Source: a phage
Strand: one strand, 5' to 3'
Sequence record: PX290280.1
DNA: 44,859 nucleotides
Shown here piece by piece: positions 6,769-16,198 of this stretch (position 1 is the stretch's first letter; every line of letters starts with the position of its first letter). The notes beneath the pieces are model-generated. The model worked only from the letters and a program-made list of their open reading frames with translations, searched no databases and had not been told where the DNA came from. The position numbers were made by a program, and so were the translations under genes.

Positions 6769-8757
6769 ATGGCTATTATTCAGAATGTACCGTGTCCTGC
6801 CTGTCAAAAGAATGGACATGATATTACTGGCAACCATCTTATGATATTTGAGGATGGCGCTGGTTACTGTAACCGTGGTCACTTCCATGATAACGGCAAG
6901 CCTTATTACCATAAGCCAGAGGGTGGCATCGAGATAACCGAATTACCTATTACTGGCAATATCAAATATACACCTTCTCAGTTTAAAGAGATGGAGAAGG
7001 AAGGGAAGATTAGCGACCCTAAGCTACGCGCCATCGCACTTGGTGGTATGCGTATGAAAGACCGTTGGGAGGTCATGAATGAGCAAGAAAGGGCAGAACA
7101 AGAAGCAGAGTGGAAACTTGATGTTGAATGGTTCCTCACGCTTAAGCGTAAGAACCTTGTATCCCGTCACATTCGAGGTGACATCGCAGCAATGTACGAT
7201 GTGCGCGTTGGACACGATGAAGAGGGAAGAGTCAACCGTCACTATTATCCACGATATGAAAAGGGTGTGCTTGTTGGAGCAAAATGCCGGACGTTGCCGA
7301 AGGATTTTAAGTTCGGACACCTAGGTAAACTCTTTGGTATGCAAGACCTTTTCGGTATGAACACTTTGTCTCACGTGTTAGACAAGGGAAGACGAAAGGA
7401 TTGCTTGCTTATTGTGGGCGGCGAACTGGATGCACTAGCAGCACAGCAGATGCTCCTTGATTCTGCCAAGGGTACTAAGTGGGAAGGCCAGCCTTACCAT
7501 GTATGGTCTGTCAATAAAGGTGAGTCTTGCCTTGAAGAGATAGTGCAGAGCCGTGAGCATATCGCCCAATTCAAGAAGATTATATGGGGTTTTGATGGAG
7601 ATGAGGTGGGGCAGAAGCAGAACCAACAAGCTGCTCGCCTGTTTCCTGGCAAATCCTACATCCTCGAATACCCCTCTGGTTGCAAAGATGCTAACAAGGC
7701 ATTGATGGCTGGCAAGGCTAAAGAATTTGTGGATGCTTGGTTTAATGCAAAGTCATCTGATGAAGTCTTTGGTAGCCAGATTAAATCTATCGCATCTCAA
7801 AGGGATAAGCTCAAGGCTGCACGTCCAGAGCAAGGACTATCATGGCCTTGGCCTAAGCTGAACAAGGTAACGCTGGGTATTCGTAAGAACCAGCTTATCA
7901 TTATAGGTGCAGGCTCTGGTGTAGGTAAGACTGAGTTCCTTCGTGAAGTTGTTAAGCACCTCATTGAAGAACACGGTGAATCTGTAGGCATCATTTCTAC
8001 AGAAGACCCAATGGTCAAGGTGTCCCGTGCTTTTATCGGTAAGTGGATTGATAAGCGTATTGAGTTACCACCAACCAACGACCCGAAAGAAGACGGATAC
8101 CGTGAGGTGTTCGATTACACCGAGGAAGAAGCTAACGCTGCCATTGATTATGTGGCTGATACAGGAAAGCTATTTGTGGCTGACCTAGAAGGCGACTATT
8201 CGATGGAGAAGGTAGAGCAAACTTGCCTAGAGTTTGAGGCTATGGGAATTTCTAATATCATCATTGATAACTTAACGGGGATTAAATTAGATGAGCGTGC
8301 TTTTGGTGGGAAGGTTGGTGCACTTGATGAATGCGTCAAACGAATTGGTACTATCAAAGACCGACATGCGGTTACGATTTTCCTTGTCTCTCACCTTACA
8401 CGTCCTCCGGCAAACCGTACCCAACACGAAGAAGGTGGCGAAGTTATCCTTTCTGACTTCCGAGGCTCAGGCGCTATCGGATTCTGGGCATCTTACGCCT
8501 TGGGGATTGAGCGTAATACAAGAGCTGAAACGCTTGATGAAAGGACTACCACGTACATCTCTTGTGTCAAAGACCGCGACCAAGGTATCTACACAGGAAC
8601 CAAAGTCATGCTCAAGGGTGACATTCAGACCGGACGCTTGAGAGAACCACAAGCTAGAACAAGGTCGTTTGATACAGGCGAAGCAAGGCAACAAGAAGTA
8701 CCGGATTTACCGGACACTATAGAAGAGACAACATTTGACGATGAACAGGAGTTTTAA
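6769..8757 (+). CDS. DNA primase/helicase (T7 gp4-like)
   Basis: N-terminal zinc ribbon CPACQ...CNRGH, DnaB-type Walker A GAGSGVGKTE, and an acidic C-terminal tail ending DDEQEF. Confidence 0.9.
   Translation: MAIIQNVPCPACQKNGHDITGNHLMIFEDGAGYCNRGHFHDNGKPYYHKPEGGIEITELPITGNIKYTPSQFKEMEKEGKISDPKLRAIALGGMRMKDRWEVMNEQERAEQEAEWKLDVEWFLTLKRKNLVSRHIRGDIAAMYDVRVGHDEEGRVNRHYYPRYEKGVLVGAKCRTLPKDFKFGHLGKLFGMQDLFGMNTLSHVLDKGRRKDCLLIVGGELDALAAQQMLLDSAKGTKWEGQPYHVWSVNKGESCLEEIVQSREHIAQFKKIIWGFDGDEVGQKQNQQAARLFPGKSYILEYPSGCKDANKALMAGKAKEFVDAWFNAKSSDEVFGSQIKSIASQRDKLKAARPEQGLSWPWPKLNKVTLGIRKNQLIIIGAGSGVGKTEFLREVVKHLIEEHGESVGIISTEDPMVKVSRAFIGKWIDKRIELPPTNDPKEDGYREVFDYTEEEANAAIDYVADTGKLFVADLEGDYSMEKVEQTCLEFEAMGISNIIIDNLTGIKLDERAFGGKVGALDECVKRIGTIKDRHAVTIFLVSHLTRPPANRTQHEEGGEVILSDFRGSGAIGFWASYALGIERNTRAETLDERTTTYISCVKDRDQGIYTGTKVMLKGDIQTGRLREPQARTRSFDTGEARQQEVPDLPDTIEETTFDDEQEF
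8705..8727 (+). promoter_or_regulatory. Phage RNAP promoter inside the 3' end of the primase/helicase gene
   Basis: ATTTACCGGACACTATAGAAGAG. Confidence 0.7.
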
Positions 8758-8918
8758 TGGAAATTATTAAACCAGTATTGAATATCGGTATTGAAATCCT
8801 ATTCATGCTTGTGATCGCAGATTATGCTGCACGATATGGATTCAAGAAAGCTGTGAAACTTATCGTTGCATCTGGTTTTATGATGTCAATGTTCTTTATT
8901 GTAACACGCCTTATCTAG
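8757..8918 (+). CDS. Small membrane protein (53 aa, two predicted transmembrane segments)
   Basis: ATG overlaps the primase stop (TAATG); hydrophobic sequence. Confidence 0.45.
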   Translation: MEIIKPVLNIGIEILFMLVIADYAARYGFKKAVKLIVASGFMMSMFFIVTRLI

Positions 8919-8931
8919 TGTATTTATCAGG

Positions 8932-8955
8932 GCTTGTCTCACATGTGAGACAGGC
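8932..8955. repeat. Extended palindrome hairpin (gcttGTCTCACATGTGAGACaggc)
   Basis: Core palindrome plus flanking complementarity, followed by TCTTATT. Confidence 0.8.
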
Positions 8956-8990
8956 TCTTATTAAGTACATTAAATAACTGGAGATTGATT

Positions 8991-9713
8991 ATGTATAAAT
9001 TAGTATTGAATGTAGGTGATTATGTTCGTAACATCAATGAAGCCTCACGTCGTTATCGTTGCCGTGGTGTAGTGGCTCGTGTAAGTGAGAACATGTATCA
9101 TGTAGAATATGATGATGATATTAAGGCTTCTTATCACAAGAAAACCACACATAAATATCTTGAAAAGGTTGTAGAGGTAAACAATCAATGTAAGTGCATA
9201 CATGATGAGGTTTGCGATAAGTGTGCACGTCAGGTAGTTAAAGCCTTTACCTTTGCTCAACGCTATGGTTCTATGTATGGTGCTGGTAACAAGACCCTTG
9301 CAGAAGCAGCTTGGAAGACATTGCAGTTTGAGCGTTCAAATGGACGACGCACCGCACTTAAGAAAGAGCGCCGCAATGTAATCACTGGTAAGACTCAAAG
9401 TGAGATGATTAAGCAATATGGCACTGCATTAGGTGTTACACAGTTCAATACTCGTGCATTGGGTAAATCCACAGGGCAAGCTATGGTGAAAATTGGTGAA
9501 GCTATGATGCACCCAAATGTGCCTGTGCGAATCTTGGATGTTGACCATGCAATCACAGAGCATGGCACACCACGCCGTGTAGCTAACAATCATTTTGCCG
9601 ACACTATAGAAGGTATTATTCTTAAGCAAGGGTTGAAGGGTCTTCACATCTTAAATGGTGAAGAATTACTGTACCTACCTATCGTTACTGAAGAAACATA
9701 CGTGAATATCTAA
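8991..9713 (+). CDS. Hypothetical protein (240 aa) with a Cys cluster
   Basis: ATG 8991 with GGAGA ribosome-binding site (the track's upstream TTG is less likely); CKCIHDEVCDKC motif. Confidence 0.6.
   Translation: MYKLVLNVGDYVRNINEASRRYRCRGVVARVSENMYHVEYDDDIKASYHKKTTHKYLEKVVEVNNQCKCIHDEVCDKCARQVVKAFTFAQRYGSMYGAGNKTLAEAAWKTLQFERSNGRRTALKKERRNVITGKTQSEMIKQYGTALGVTQFNTRALGKSTGQAMVKIGEAMMHPNVPVRILDVDHAITEHGTPRRVANNHFADTIEGIILKQGLKGLHILNGEELLYLPIVTEETYVNI
9592..9614 (+). promoter_or_regulatory. Phage RNAP promoter inside a coding region
   Basis: ATTTTGCCGACACTATAGAAGGT. Confidence 0.55.
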
Positions 9714-9723
9714 GGAGTTAATC

Positions 9724-9942
9724 ATGACTAAGGTATTAATTTATATGCGTGGACCTCATAAATGCTATGCAGTTGTAGCACCTGATGGTGTTAAGCCCTA
9801 TGGTACTTCAAAGGGGTTTGCATTAATAGGTGCCAGTCTTAGTGCAAGTTTTCAGATGGAACTTTTCGGTCATTTGACTGAAAAAGAGTTCCGTGAGGAG
9901 TTTAATGTAATCGGCAGCTTTATGGTGAAACATGCAGAATAA
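9724..9942 (+). CDS. Hypothetical protein (72 aa)
   Basis: AAGGAG ribosome-binding site. Confidence 0.6.
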   Translation: MTKVLIYMRGPHKCYAVVAPDGVKPYGTSKGFALIGASLSASFQMELFGHLTEKEFREEFNVIGSFMVKHAE

Positions 9943-10108
9943 ACATAGTCTTAAAATGTTCGATGGTCATGAAGACCTGCAAGCCAAGATTACTAACCAA
10001 GCCTTCCTGTTCGCACAGTTAACTATGGCTGAAGCAAAGAAGAATAGCCTGACGCGTGAACAGGTTATCAAGGAAAGTGAAGTGAAACGTAAGATTCGCA
10101 GTCGATAA
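9932..10108 (+). CDS. Hypothetical protein (58 aa)
   Basis: Overlaps the previous ORF by 11 nt; GGTGA upstream. Confidence 0.4.
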   Translation: MQNKHSLKMFDGHEDLQAKITNQAFLFAQLTMAEAKKNSLTREQVIKESEVKRKIRSR

Positions 10109-10114
10109 GTCAAG

Positions 10115-10138
10115 GGTTGTCTCACACGTGAGACAGCC
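10115..10138. repeat. Palindrome hairpin variant (ggtTGTCTCACACGTGAGACAgcc)
   Basis: CACGTG centre instead of CATG; followed by TTTCAT. Confidence 0.75.
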
Positions 10139-10165
10139 TTTCATCATATTGATTGGAGGTGCATT

Positions 10166-10273
10166 ATGCCACGTGATTATGATTCTGATTGGGACTACTA
10201 TGACTCAATGAATCCAAAACCCGAACGTTCAGATGATTACTACGAAACAGAGGCAATGTATGAAGACTATTAA
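10166..10273 (+). CDS. Hypothetical small acidic protein (35 aa)
   Basis: Strong GGAGGTG ribosome-binding site; rich in D, Y and E. Confidence 0.45.
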   Translation: MPRDYDSDWDYYDSMNPKPERSDDYYETEAMYEDY

Positions 10274-10478
10274 ATTAAGCAAGGTTTGCTCTTGCGGTAA
10301 AGGTTATCGCAGTCGTATTGATGGCAAGTGTGAAAACTGCCGCACTAAAAGGCAGAAAGATCACAATAATAAATACCACATGCACTTAATGTATCTTGAC
10401 CTTAAAGCTACACCTGATTCTGTATTAGGTAAAAGTCTTAGAGTTAAATACTTTGGAGCAATCTATGAAATCAATTGA
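10260..10478 (+). CDS. Small zinc-finger-like protein (about 72 aa)
   Basis: CSCGKG...CENC motif; GAGG upstream; start taken at ATG 10260 rather than the track's 10233. Confidence 0.5.
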   Translation: MKTIKLSKVCSCGKGYRSRIDGKCENCRTKRQKDHNNKYHMHLMYLDLKATPDSVLGKSLRVKYFGAIYEIN

Positions 10479-12884
10479 TTGGAAGAAGGAAGCAGAAGGT
10501 CGTATCTTAGTAATGGATGCGGAAGCTAAAGGTCTGCTGGATACTATCCGCTACGGTCATCGTGAAGATGTACACATCATTTGCTGCATGGATTTGCTTA
10601 CTACAGAGGAGTTCTTATTCTTTGACCCATATGAGATGCGTGACCCTGAAGCAAGGGAACACCTGAAAGAGTGGGAAGGCCATCAAGATGGAACCTTGGT
10701 TGATGGTGTTAACTTCCTAAAGCACTGTGAAGCCATCGTCTCACAGAACTTCCTAGGGTACGACGGCCTTCTATTTGAGAAAGCATTCCCTGATATCTGG
10801 AAAGGCTTTAACTATACCGAGAGACGCGGCAAGGGCAGACTCCGCGCTGACCTGTGTCCGGTACGCGTCATGGATACGCTGGTCATGAGTCGCCTGTTAA
10901 ACCCCGATAGACGCCTTCCTCCGCAAGCATATGCCAAAGGTATGGGTAACGTCGCCCCTCACTCAATTGAGGCGCACGGCATCCGTATAGGCCGCTATAA
11001 ACCGGAGAACGAGGACTGGTCTAAACTAACTGACCACATGGTTCACCGTGTACGCGAGGACGTGGCGATAGGCCGTGACCTATTCCTCTGGCTATTTAAC
11101 GGAGAATGGACGGAGCACAAACGCCGTGGCGTGAATAAACGCACTGGCCTAGGTATTGAGACAGCCTTCCACATGGAGTCCATTGTGGCGCTGGAGATGA
11201 GCCGTCAGGCCGAGCGTGGATTCCGTCTGGATATAGATAAAGCATTAGCACGATGCGAAGAACTGGACGCTAAGATTGATGAGACAGTCGCAGCGTTCCG
11301 CCCTCACATGCCTATGCGTATCAAGTCTAAACCTTTTAAACCGGAAGAAAAGAATGAAGTATGCCAACGCGCAAATGAGTATGGAGCTAGCAACAATATA
11401 CCTACTGTCCTTGACCCCTCACACTTTCTTCATGCCGAGAGACGAGGAGATCGCAAGACAGTATGGAGTGTCACTACTAAGTCTGGTGATTGGTCGGCTA
11501 GTGTCAAGAAAGACTTTCCTCACCTTAGAGGAAACCGTAATGACACGCCAAGTATCAAGTGGATTGGCGCTTACTCGCCTGTTACTTTCGAAGAGATTCC
11601 CTTGGGTAACAGGGATACAGTTAAGCAAGTGCTCTATGATTATGGATGGAAAGGTGTTGAATTTAACGATACCGAGCAAGCGCATCTGGATGAGTATGGA
11701 GTGTTACCCAAACCTTGGAGTGGGAAGATAAATGAAAAGTCCCTTACTTTATGGCAAGAGAGAGCCGCACGTGAAGGTAAAACAGTCCCTGATTGGTGCT
11801 TGGGTATCGCTGCATGGTACATACTCGTATCCCGTCGTGGTACGATCCTTAACCGTGGTGACGTTGAAGCCTTCGACCAGAAGGGGGTGTGGCCTTCGCA
11901 AGCTGGTGTACGAAAGTGTCGCGGCCTTGTACCTGTAGCATTTAACAAGGAGTTAGGAATCAATGCGCAGCAATACTATGAGAGGTATGGGTGTTGGCCT
12001 ACGTCTGACAAGGATGACGGAGAGTGGCGTGTTCCGGCTGTGATGGTGCTGGTCTTGAACTACGTGTACTATCTCACTTCATGAATGACCCTGAGTATCA
12101 AGATATTGTACTGCATGGTGATATACATACTCATAACCAGATGAAGGCTGGTCTTCCCAAGCGTGATATGGCGAAGACATTTATATATGCCTTCTTATAT
12201 GGGTCTGGTATAGCTAACCTTGCAGCAGTATGCGGTGTTACTGAGGAAGAAATGAAGGAAGTTGTGGCAAGATTTGAGATTGAACTACCTTCCCTTGCAC
12301 GTCTTCGTGAGAATGTTATCGCACAAGGTAACAAGTTTGGCTATCTACAAGCACCTGATGGGCATTGGGGTCGCATCCGTATGTCTGGTGGTGAACTTAA
12401 AGAGCACACTATGCTTAACGTACTACTCCAGATGACTGGCTCTCTGTGTATGAAATACGCATTGGTCAGAGCGTTTGCAGTGATGCGCAAGGAGGGTGTG
12501 GCTCTAGATAGCATGGGTAACCCTTGCGGTGTAGCTAACGTGCACGATGAAATCCAGATGGAAGTACCTGAAGATGAGGTCTTGTATCTCAACTACGACT
12601 TGCCTTTCACCGTAGAAGGGTTCGAAACAGAGAAGGCTGCTGTGAAAGCAGTGTTCGATGCAGAGGAGAAACGTGTTCATGTGGATTCTGAAGGACGTAT
12701 GTGGTCTGCTGCAAATCTCGTTAGCGTTGATGCTGATGCTGGTGTACTTCATTGCCAGCGTCGTTATCACCGTGCAGGGCATATCATTGCCGATGCAATG
12801 ACTTGGGCTGGTCATTATTTGAAGATGCGTTGTCCGATGGCAGGTGAGTATAAGATTGGTGCAAGCTGGAAGGAAACACACTGA
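10465..12884 (+). CDS. DNA polymerase (family A, T7 gp5-like), interrupted by an apparent -1 frameshift near 12042
   Basis: The first frame reaches ...GEWRVPAV and stops at 12084. The next frame carries motif A DGAGLELRVLSHFM, motif B KTFIYAFLYGSG and motif C VHDEIQ, matching T7 DNAP as recalled. Re-reading G12042 joins them into one polypeptide. Confidence 0.85.
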
Positions 12885-13000
12885 TGGACAGGTTTGATGT
12901 TGTTTGCCTATTCTCTATCTTCTTTCTTATATTCCTTATGCTTGCTTGCTATGGAAGTATACGATTAGATATACCTGATGAAGAGGAGGGTTACGATTGA
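12884..13000 (+). CDS. Small hydrophobic peptide (38 aa)
   Basis: ATG overlaps the DNAP stop (TGATG); one predicted transmembrane helix. Confidence 0.4.
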   Translation: MDRFDVVCLFSIFFLIFLMLACYGSIRLDIPDEEEGYD

Positions 13001-13098
13001 TGCAAACTTCTTTTATCATTCTTGGGATCATATTATTTATGGTAGTATTCTGGGCTTTCTCTGGCATTGACCCAGATTGTGATGGTAACTACGACTGA
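13000..13098 (+). CDS. Small hydrophobic peptide (32 aa)
   Basis: ATG overlaps the previous stop (TGATG); one predicted transmembrane helix. Confidence 0.4.
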   Translation: MQTSFIILGIILFMVVFWAFSGIDPDCDGNYD

Positions 13099-13156
13099 GT
13101 TATACTCAAGGTCACTTACGAGTGGCCTTTATGAATAACTTAACTAAGGAAATATT

Positions 13157-13417
13157 ATGATTAAATATACTGCTTATCAGTTAACTAAAGACCGTAAGAT
13201 AGGTATTGAGGTTAAGGCTTGGGAGCGAGGTCATATCTCTGGAGTAATAGAGGTGCGTTCCAACGAAGGTATGATGATTAGAAGACACTTTAGTTTCGCT
13301 AAATCTACTTGTAAGCATTTAACAGAGGAACAATTCTTACATCATATTATTAATAATATTAAAGCTATCCAGCCTTATGCCAAGCAAGTTGTAGGTAATG
13401 TCACAGTAGTACATTGA
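13157..13417 (+). CDS. Hypothetical protein (86 aa)
   Basis: AAGGA ribosome-binding site; ORF track entry. Confidence 0.6.
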   Translation: MIKYTAYQLTKDRKIGIEVKAWERGHISGVIEVRSNEGMMIRRHFSFAKSTCKHLTEEQFLHHIINNIKAIQPYAKQVVGNVTVVH

Positions 13418-13439
13418 TTTACTGGACACTATAGAAGGA
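13417..13439 (+). promoter_or_regulatory. Phage RNAP promoter (consensus copy)
   Basis: ATTTACTGGACACTATAGAAGGA. Confidence 0.8.
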
Positions 13440-13502
13440 AAGCCTAGACAATCTAGGTTTATAAGGTAGTATAGGTAATTAAGTAAATATAGGAGATAAA
13501 AC

Positions 13503-13880
13503 ATGTCTATGGTAACTACTCTGGTATTTGTAGCTCAATACTTTCGTGGTCTGGCTAATAAGTTCAAGTCCAAGGCTATCAAAGCTATTGAGTCTCGCAT
13601 CGAGGCAGTACAGGCAGAGCAAGTTAAAGTTGAAGAACATCGTAGTTCTCAAATGATTGACTGCCATAACCGCTACTATGTGTCTCGTGATGACCTTAAT
13701 GCACGCCAAGTCAAAGAGGTTGAAGATATGATGGCACGTCACCAGCAAGAGCGTGACAGCCTGAAAGCTGAATTTGAAGAGAACAAGGCATCCATTGCTC
13801 GGGTACACCAAGCTGCATCTGACAGTCTGAAGAAAGAGATTGTTATGCTGGAAATAGAACTGGATAACCTGACCAAATAA
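13503..13880 (+). CDS. Hypothetical coiled-coil protein (125 aa)
   Basis: AGGAG ribosome-binding site; charged, helical sequence. Confidence 0.65.
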   Translation: MSMVTTLVFVAQYFRGLANKFKSKAIKAIESRIEAVQAEQVKVEEHRSSQMIDCHNRYYVSRDDLNARQVKEVEDMMARHQQERDSLKAEFEENKASIARVHQAASDSLKKEIVMLEIELDNLTK

Positions 13881-13886
13881 GGAGTT

Positions 13887-14186
13887 ATGATGGAAGAAGT
13901 AATTCAAGCTAAACATGTAGGTATTATCTTTCGTGATCTAGAGCAGCGTAAAGTAGCAGGTCATATTCGTCTGGCTAAAGAGGAAGACACCGCAATCACT
14001 ACTGTAGAACAAGCAGATGCCTATCGTGGTCCAGAGTTTACTCAAGGTGAAACTTGTCATCAATTGAGCCTTTCACTTTGTGACACTATGGCTAGTGTAA
14101 ATGTACAAGAGGTTGAAGATGGTGAATGTGTTAGTTATGTCTACCCTCTCGATACTATTGCACGTATTAAGGTAGTTCATAAGTAA
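13887..14186 (+). CDS. Hypothetical protein (99 aa)
   Basis: AGGAG ribosome-binding site. Confidence 0.65.
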   Translation: MMEEVIQAKHVGIIFRDLEQRKVAGHIRLAKEEDTAITTVEQADAYRGPEFTQGETCHQLSLSLCDTMASVNVQEVEDGECVSYVYPLDTIARIKVVHK

Positions 14187-14207
14187 TTACTGGACACTAT
14201 AGAACAA
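14185..14207 (+). promoter_or_regulatory. Phage RNAP promoter
   Basis: AATTACTGGACACTATAGAACAA. Confidence 0.75.
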
Positions 14208-14263
14208 TAGGTCGGCTTAGTTCGGCCTATGATTGTGTAGTGTAACAATAGGAGACTAAATAA

Positions 14264-15070
14264 ATGGCACGTGGTGATTTTGATTTTGGTGCTCAGGTTA
14301 CTAAAGCTGAAGGTAAAGTATTTAAGAACCCTGAAGTTGGTGATCATGAAGCAGTAATCTCTGGCATCATTCATGTTGGTTCCTTCCAAGACATCTTTAA
14401 GAAAGGTAATACCACTGAAGTTAAGAAGCCAGCAAACTTTGTTCTTGTTAAGATTATCCTGATGGGTGACGACGATAAGAATGAAGACGATTCTCGCATG
14501 GAACAATGGATGGCTGTGCCTCTGAAGTCTGGTGATAAGGCAACACTGACTAAGTTCCTGAATGCAGTTGACCCTAAAGAGTTGCTGGGTGGCTTCGATG
14601 ATTTTATCGGTGAATGTCTGACTGCAACTATGGTTGGCTCTGGCGACAAGAATGATGATGGTACTTTCAAGTATGTTAACTGGAAAGGCTTTGGCGGTAC
14701 GCCTGATAAGTTGAAGAAGCTTGTACTGGCTCAGGTAGAAGAGGAAGGTCTGTCTATGACAGGTCATATCACCTTCGACAAGCTGACCAAAGAAATCCTT
14801 GATGACATCCCAGCTAACTTGGTACGTCAATACTTCCTGAATGAGACACCTCGTGGTAAGAACCTGTCTGTTGCTGGCTCTCACGTAGAAGCTATTATCA
14901 AAGCTGCTCGTGAAGAAGACCCTGAATGGAAGAAGGCTAAGAAGAAAGACGAGGAAGATGCTACCCCAGCTAATCGTAAATCTCTGGATACTGGTGAGTC
15001 TGTTCCACAGGAAGTACCTGAAGCAGAAGATACTCCTGCACCGGAGATGGATGAGGACGCGGAATATTAA
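14264..15070 (+). CDS. Abundant DNA-metabolism protein with an acidic C-terminal tail; possible single-stranded DNA-binding protein
   Basis: 268 aa, codon usage of a highly expressed gene, C-terminus PEMDEDAEY; sits directly downstream of a phage promoter. The function is inferred and not motif-proven. Confidence 0.4.
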   Translation: MARGDFDFGAQVTKAEGKVFKNPEVGDHEAVISGIIHVGSFQDIFKKGNTTEVKKPANFVLVKIILMGDDDKNEDDSRMEQWMAVPLKSGDKATLTKFLNAVDPKELLGGFDDFIGECLTATMVGSGDKNDDGTFKYVNWKGFGGTPDKLKKLVLAQVEEEGLSMTGHITFDKLTKEILDDIPANLVRQYFLNETPRGKNLSVAGSHVEAIIKAAREEDPEWKKAKKKDEEDATPANRKSLDTGESVPQEVPEAEDTPAPEMDEDAEY

Positions 15071-15079
15071 GGAGAAAGG

Positions 15080-15298
15080 ATGAAAGTACAAATCGTAACC
15101 CTGCACTGCAAGAAAGGAATTACAACTCTTGGCGGCAACACTTTTCACTCCTTCTCTGAAGGGGACACATATGCCGACCTGCACTACATCTGGCGCGACG
15201 GACAGCACGTGGTGAACTACAGCGACCCAGCTACGGGGAAACGCCACGGCGTATCGCTTCCGGCGCATGACATTGCTCAGGTGAACACAGTTTTATAA
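15080..15298 (+). CDS. Hypothetical protein (72 aa)
   Basis: AAGGAG ribosome-binding site. Confidence 0.6.
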   Translation: MKVQIVTLHCKKGITTLGGNTFHSFSEGDTYADLHYIWRDGQHVVNYSDPATGKRHGVSLPAHDIAQVNTVL

Positions 15299-15299
15299 A

Positions 15300-15315
15300 G
15301 TCTCACGTGTGAGAC
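15300..15315. repeat. Palindrome variant (GTCTCACGTGTGAGAC)
   Basis: Stem GTCTCAC / GTGAGAC, located between a stop codon and the promoter at 15331. Confidence 0.7.
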
Positions 15316-15330
15316 AAGTCGGTGTCTGGT

Positions 15331-15353
15331 ATTTACTGGACACTATAGAAGAG
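15331..15353 (+). promoter_or_regulatory. Phage RNAP promoter
   Basis: ATTTACTGGACACTATAGAAGAG. Confidence 0.8.
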
Positions 15354-15403
15354 AAGAATTTTAATCGGCGATAATGCCATAACCAACAAAAGGAGAATTT
15401 AAT

Positions 15404-15775
15404 ATGTTCAAGATTGAAACTATCGTAAACCGTGTTGTTAAAGGTGCTGCTCTGGTATCCGTTGAGTCTTTCATTATCGTCGATGAAGCTGATCAACTGG
15501 TAGCTGGTACTAAGGCTTACGATACCCGTGAAGAAGCTCAGGCTAAGATTGACAGCATGGGTAACTTCGCTGCTGGTCTGGAGTTCGCTCGTGCTTGCTT
15601 CCCTGAGCAGGCTGACAAAGCTCAGATTGGTAAGGCTAATATCGTAGCTGAATATCTGGATTGGGTTGCTGCTGGTAAACCAGTGAAAGAAGTTAAAGCT
15701 GCTGAAGAAGCTGAAGCTCCGGCAGTAGAAGTGTCTGCACCGGAAGCTCCGGTTAGCGAAGAGGAAGAGTTTTGA
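15404..15775 (+). CDS. Hypothetical abundant protein (123 aa) with an acidic C-terminus ending EEEEF
   Basis: AAGGAG ribosome-binding site, strong codon bias, followed by a terminator-like hairpin. Confidence 0.65.
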   Translation: MFKIETIVNRVVKGAALVSVESFIIVDEADQLVAGTKAYDTREEAQAKIDSMGNFAAGLEFARACFPEQADKAQIGKANIVAEYLDWVAAGKPVKEVKAAEEAEAPAVEVSAPEAPVSEEEEF

Positions 15776-15833
15776 TAATAGCAGGTGTTTCCTCTGTTAG
15801 TCCTAGTTGACTATCACGCTCACCTCATCTAAT

Positions 15834-15867
15834 GCCCTGTCTGCCTTAGTGTAGGCAGGGTCTTTTG
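15834..15867 (+). terminator. Candidate terminator hairpin
   Basis: gccctgtctgcc-ttagtgt-aggcaggg followed by TCTTTTG. Confidence 0.5.
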
Positions 15868-15892
15868 CGTAATAGTTATTGGAGAATGAATT

Positions 15893-16198
15893 ATGCCGAC
15901 TATTAGATCTCGTTTAGTAGCAGACTATGTTTATGGTCGTGACTTAAAGTTAATGCAAGATTATTTTAAAGTAATTATCTTGCTGGATGGAGAGGTATTT
16001 CACACTAAAACATTCACCTTACCCGAGTTGTTTGATTTAGGTTATTGGGGTTATACTTATCAGGCCATAGCAGACAAGGTGCTACTCAGTGTGTTAGAGG
16101 AGTGGCCTACATGCGACCAAACTTCGACTTCGGAGCTACAGTATCGGAGGACAATAATCTCATCCTGTGGCCGACTGAAGGTAATAGAATCGCTTTAA
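15893..16198 (+). CDS. Hypothetical protein (up to 101 aa)
   Basis: GGAGA ribosome-binding site; the 3' part overlaps the exonuclease gene in another frame, so the true end is uncertain. Confidence 0.4.
   Translation: MPTIRSRLVADYVYGRDLKLMQDYFKVIILLDGEVFHTKTFTLPELFDLGYWGYTYQAIADKVLLSVLEEWPTCDQTSTSELQYRRTIISSCGRLKVIESL

Noticed and set aside
11276-11963. Alternative-frame ORFs inside the DNA polymerase gene, on both strands
   Set aside because: Embedded in the polymerase reading frame, with no ribosome-binding sites or recognisable motifs.
12030-12050. Programmed -1 ribosomal frameshift in the DNA polymerase
   Set aside because: No X-XXY-YYZ slippery heptamer or obvious downstream structure at the junction; a single-base error is more likely, though not excluded without reads.
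14177-15268. 363-aa ORF on the minus strand
   Set aside because: It lies entirely opposite two well-supported + strand genes with strong ribosome-binding sites and a promoter; the genome is otherwise strictly unidirectional, and the translation is low-complexity Leu/Ser/Phe-rich antisense sequence.
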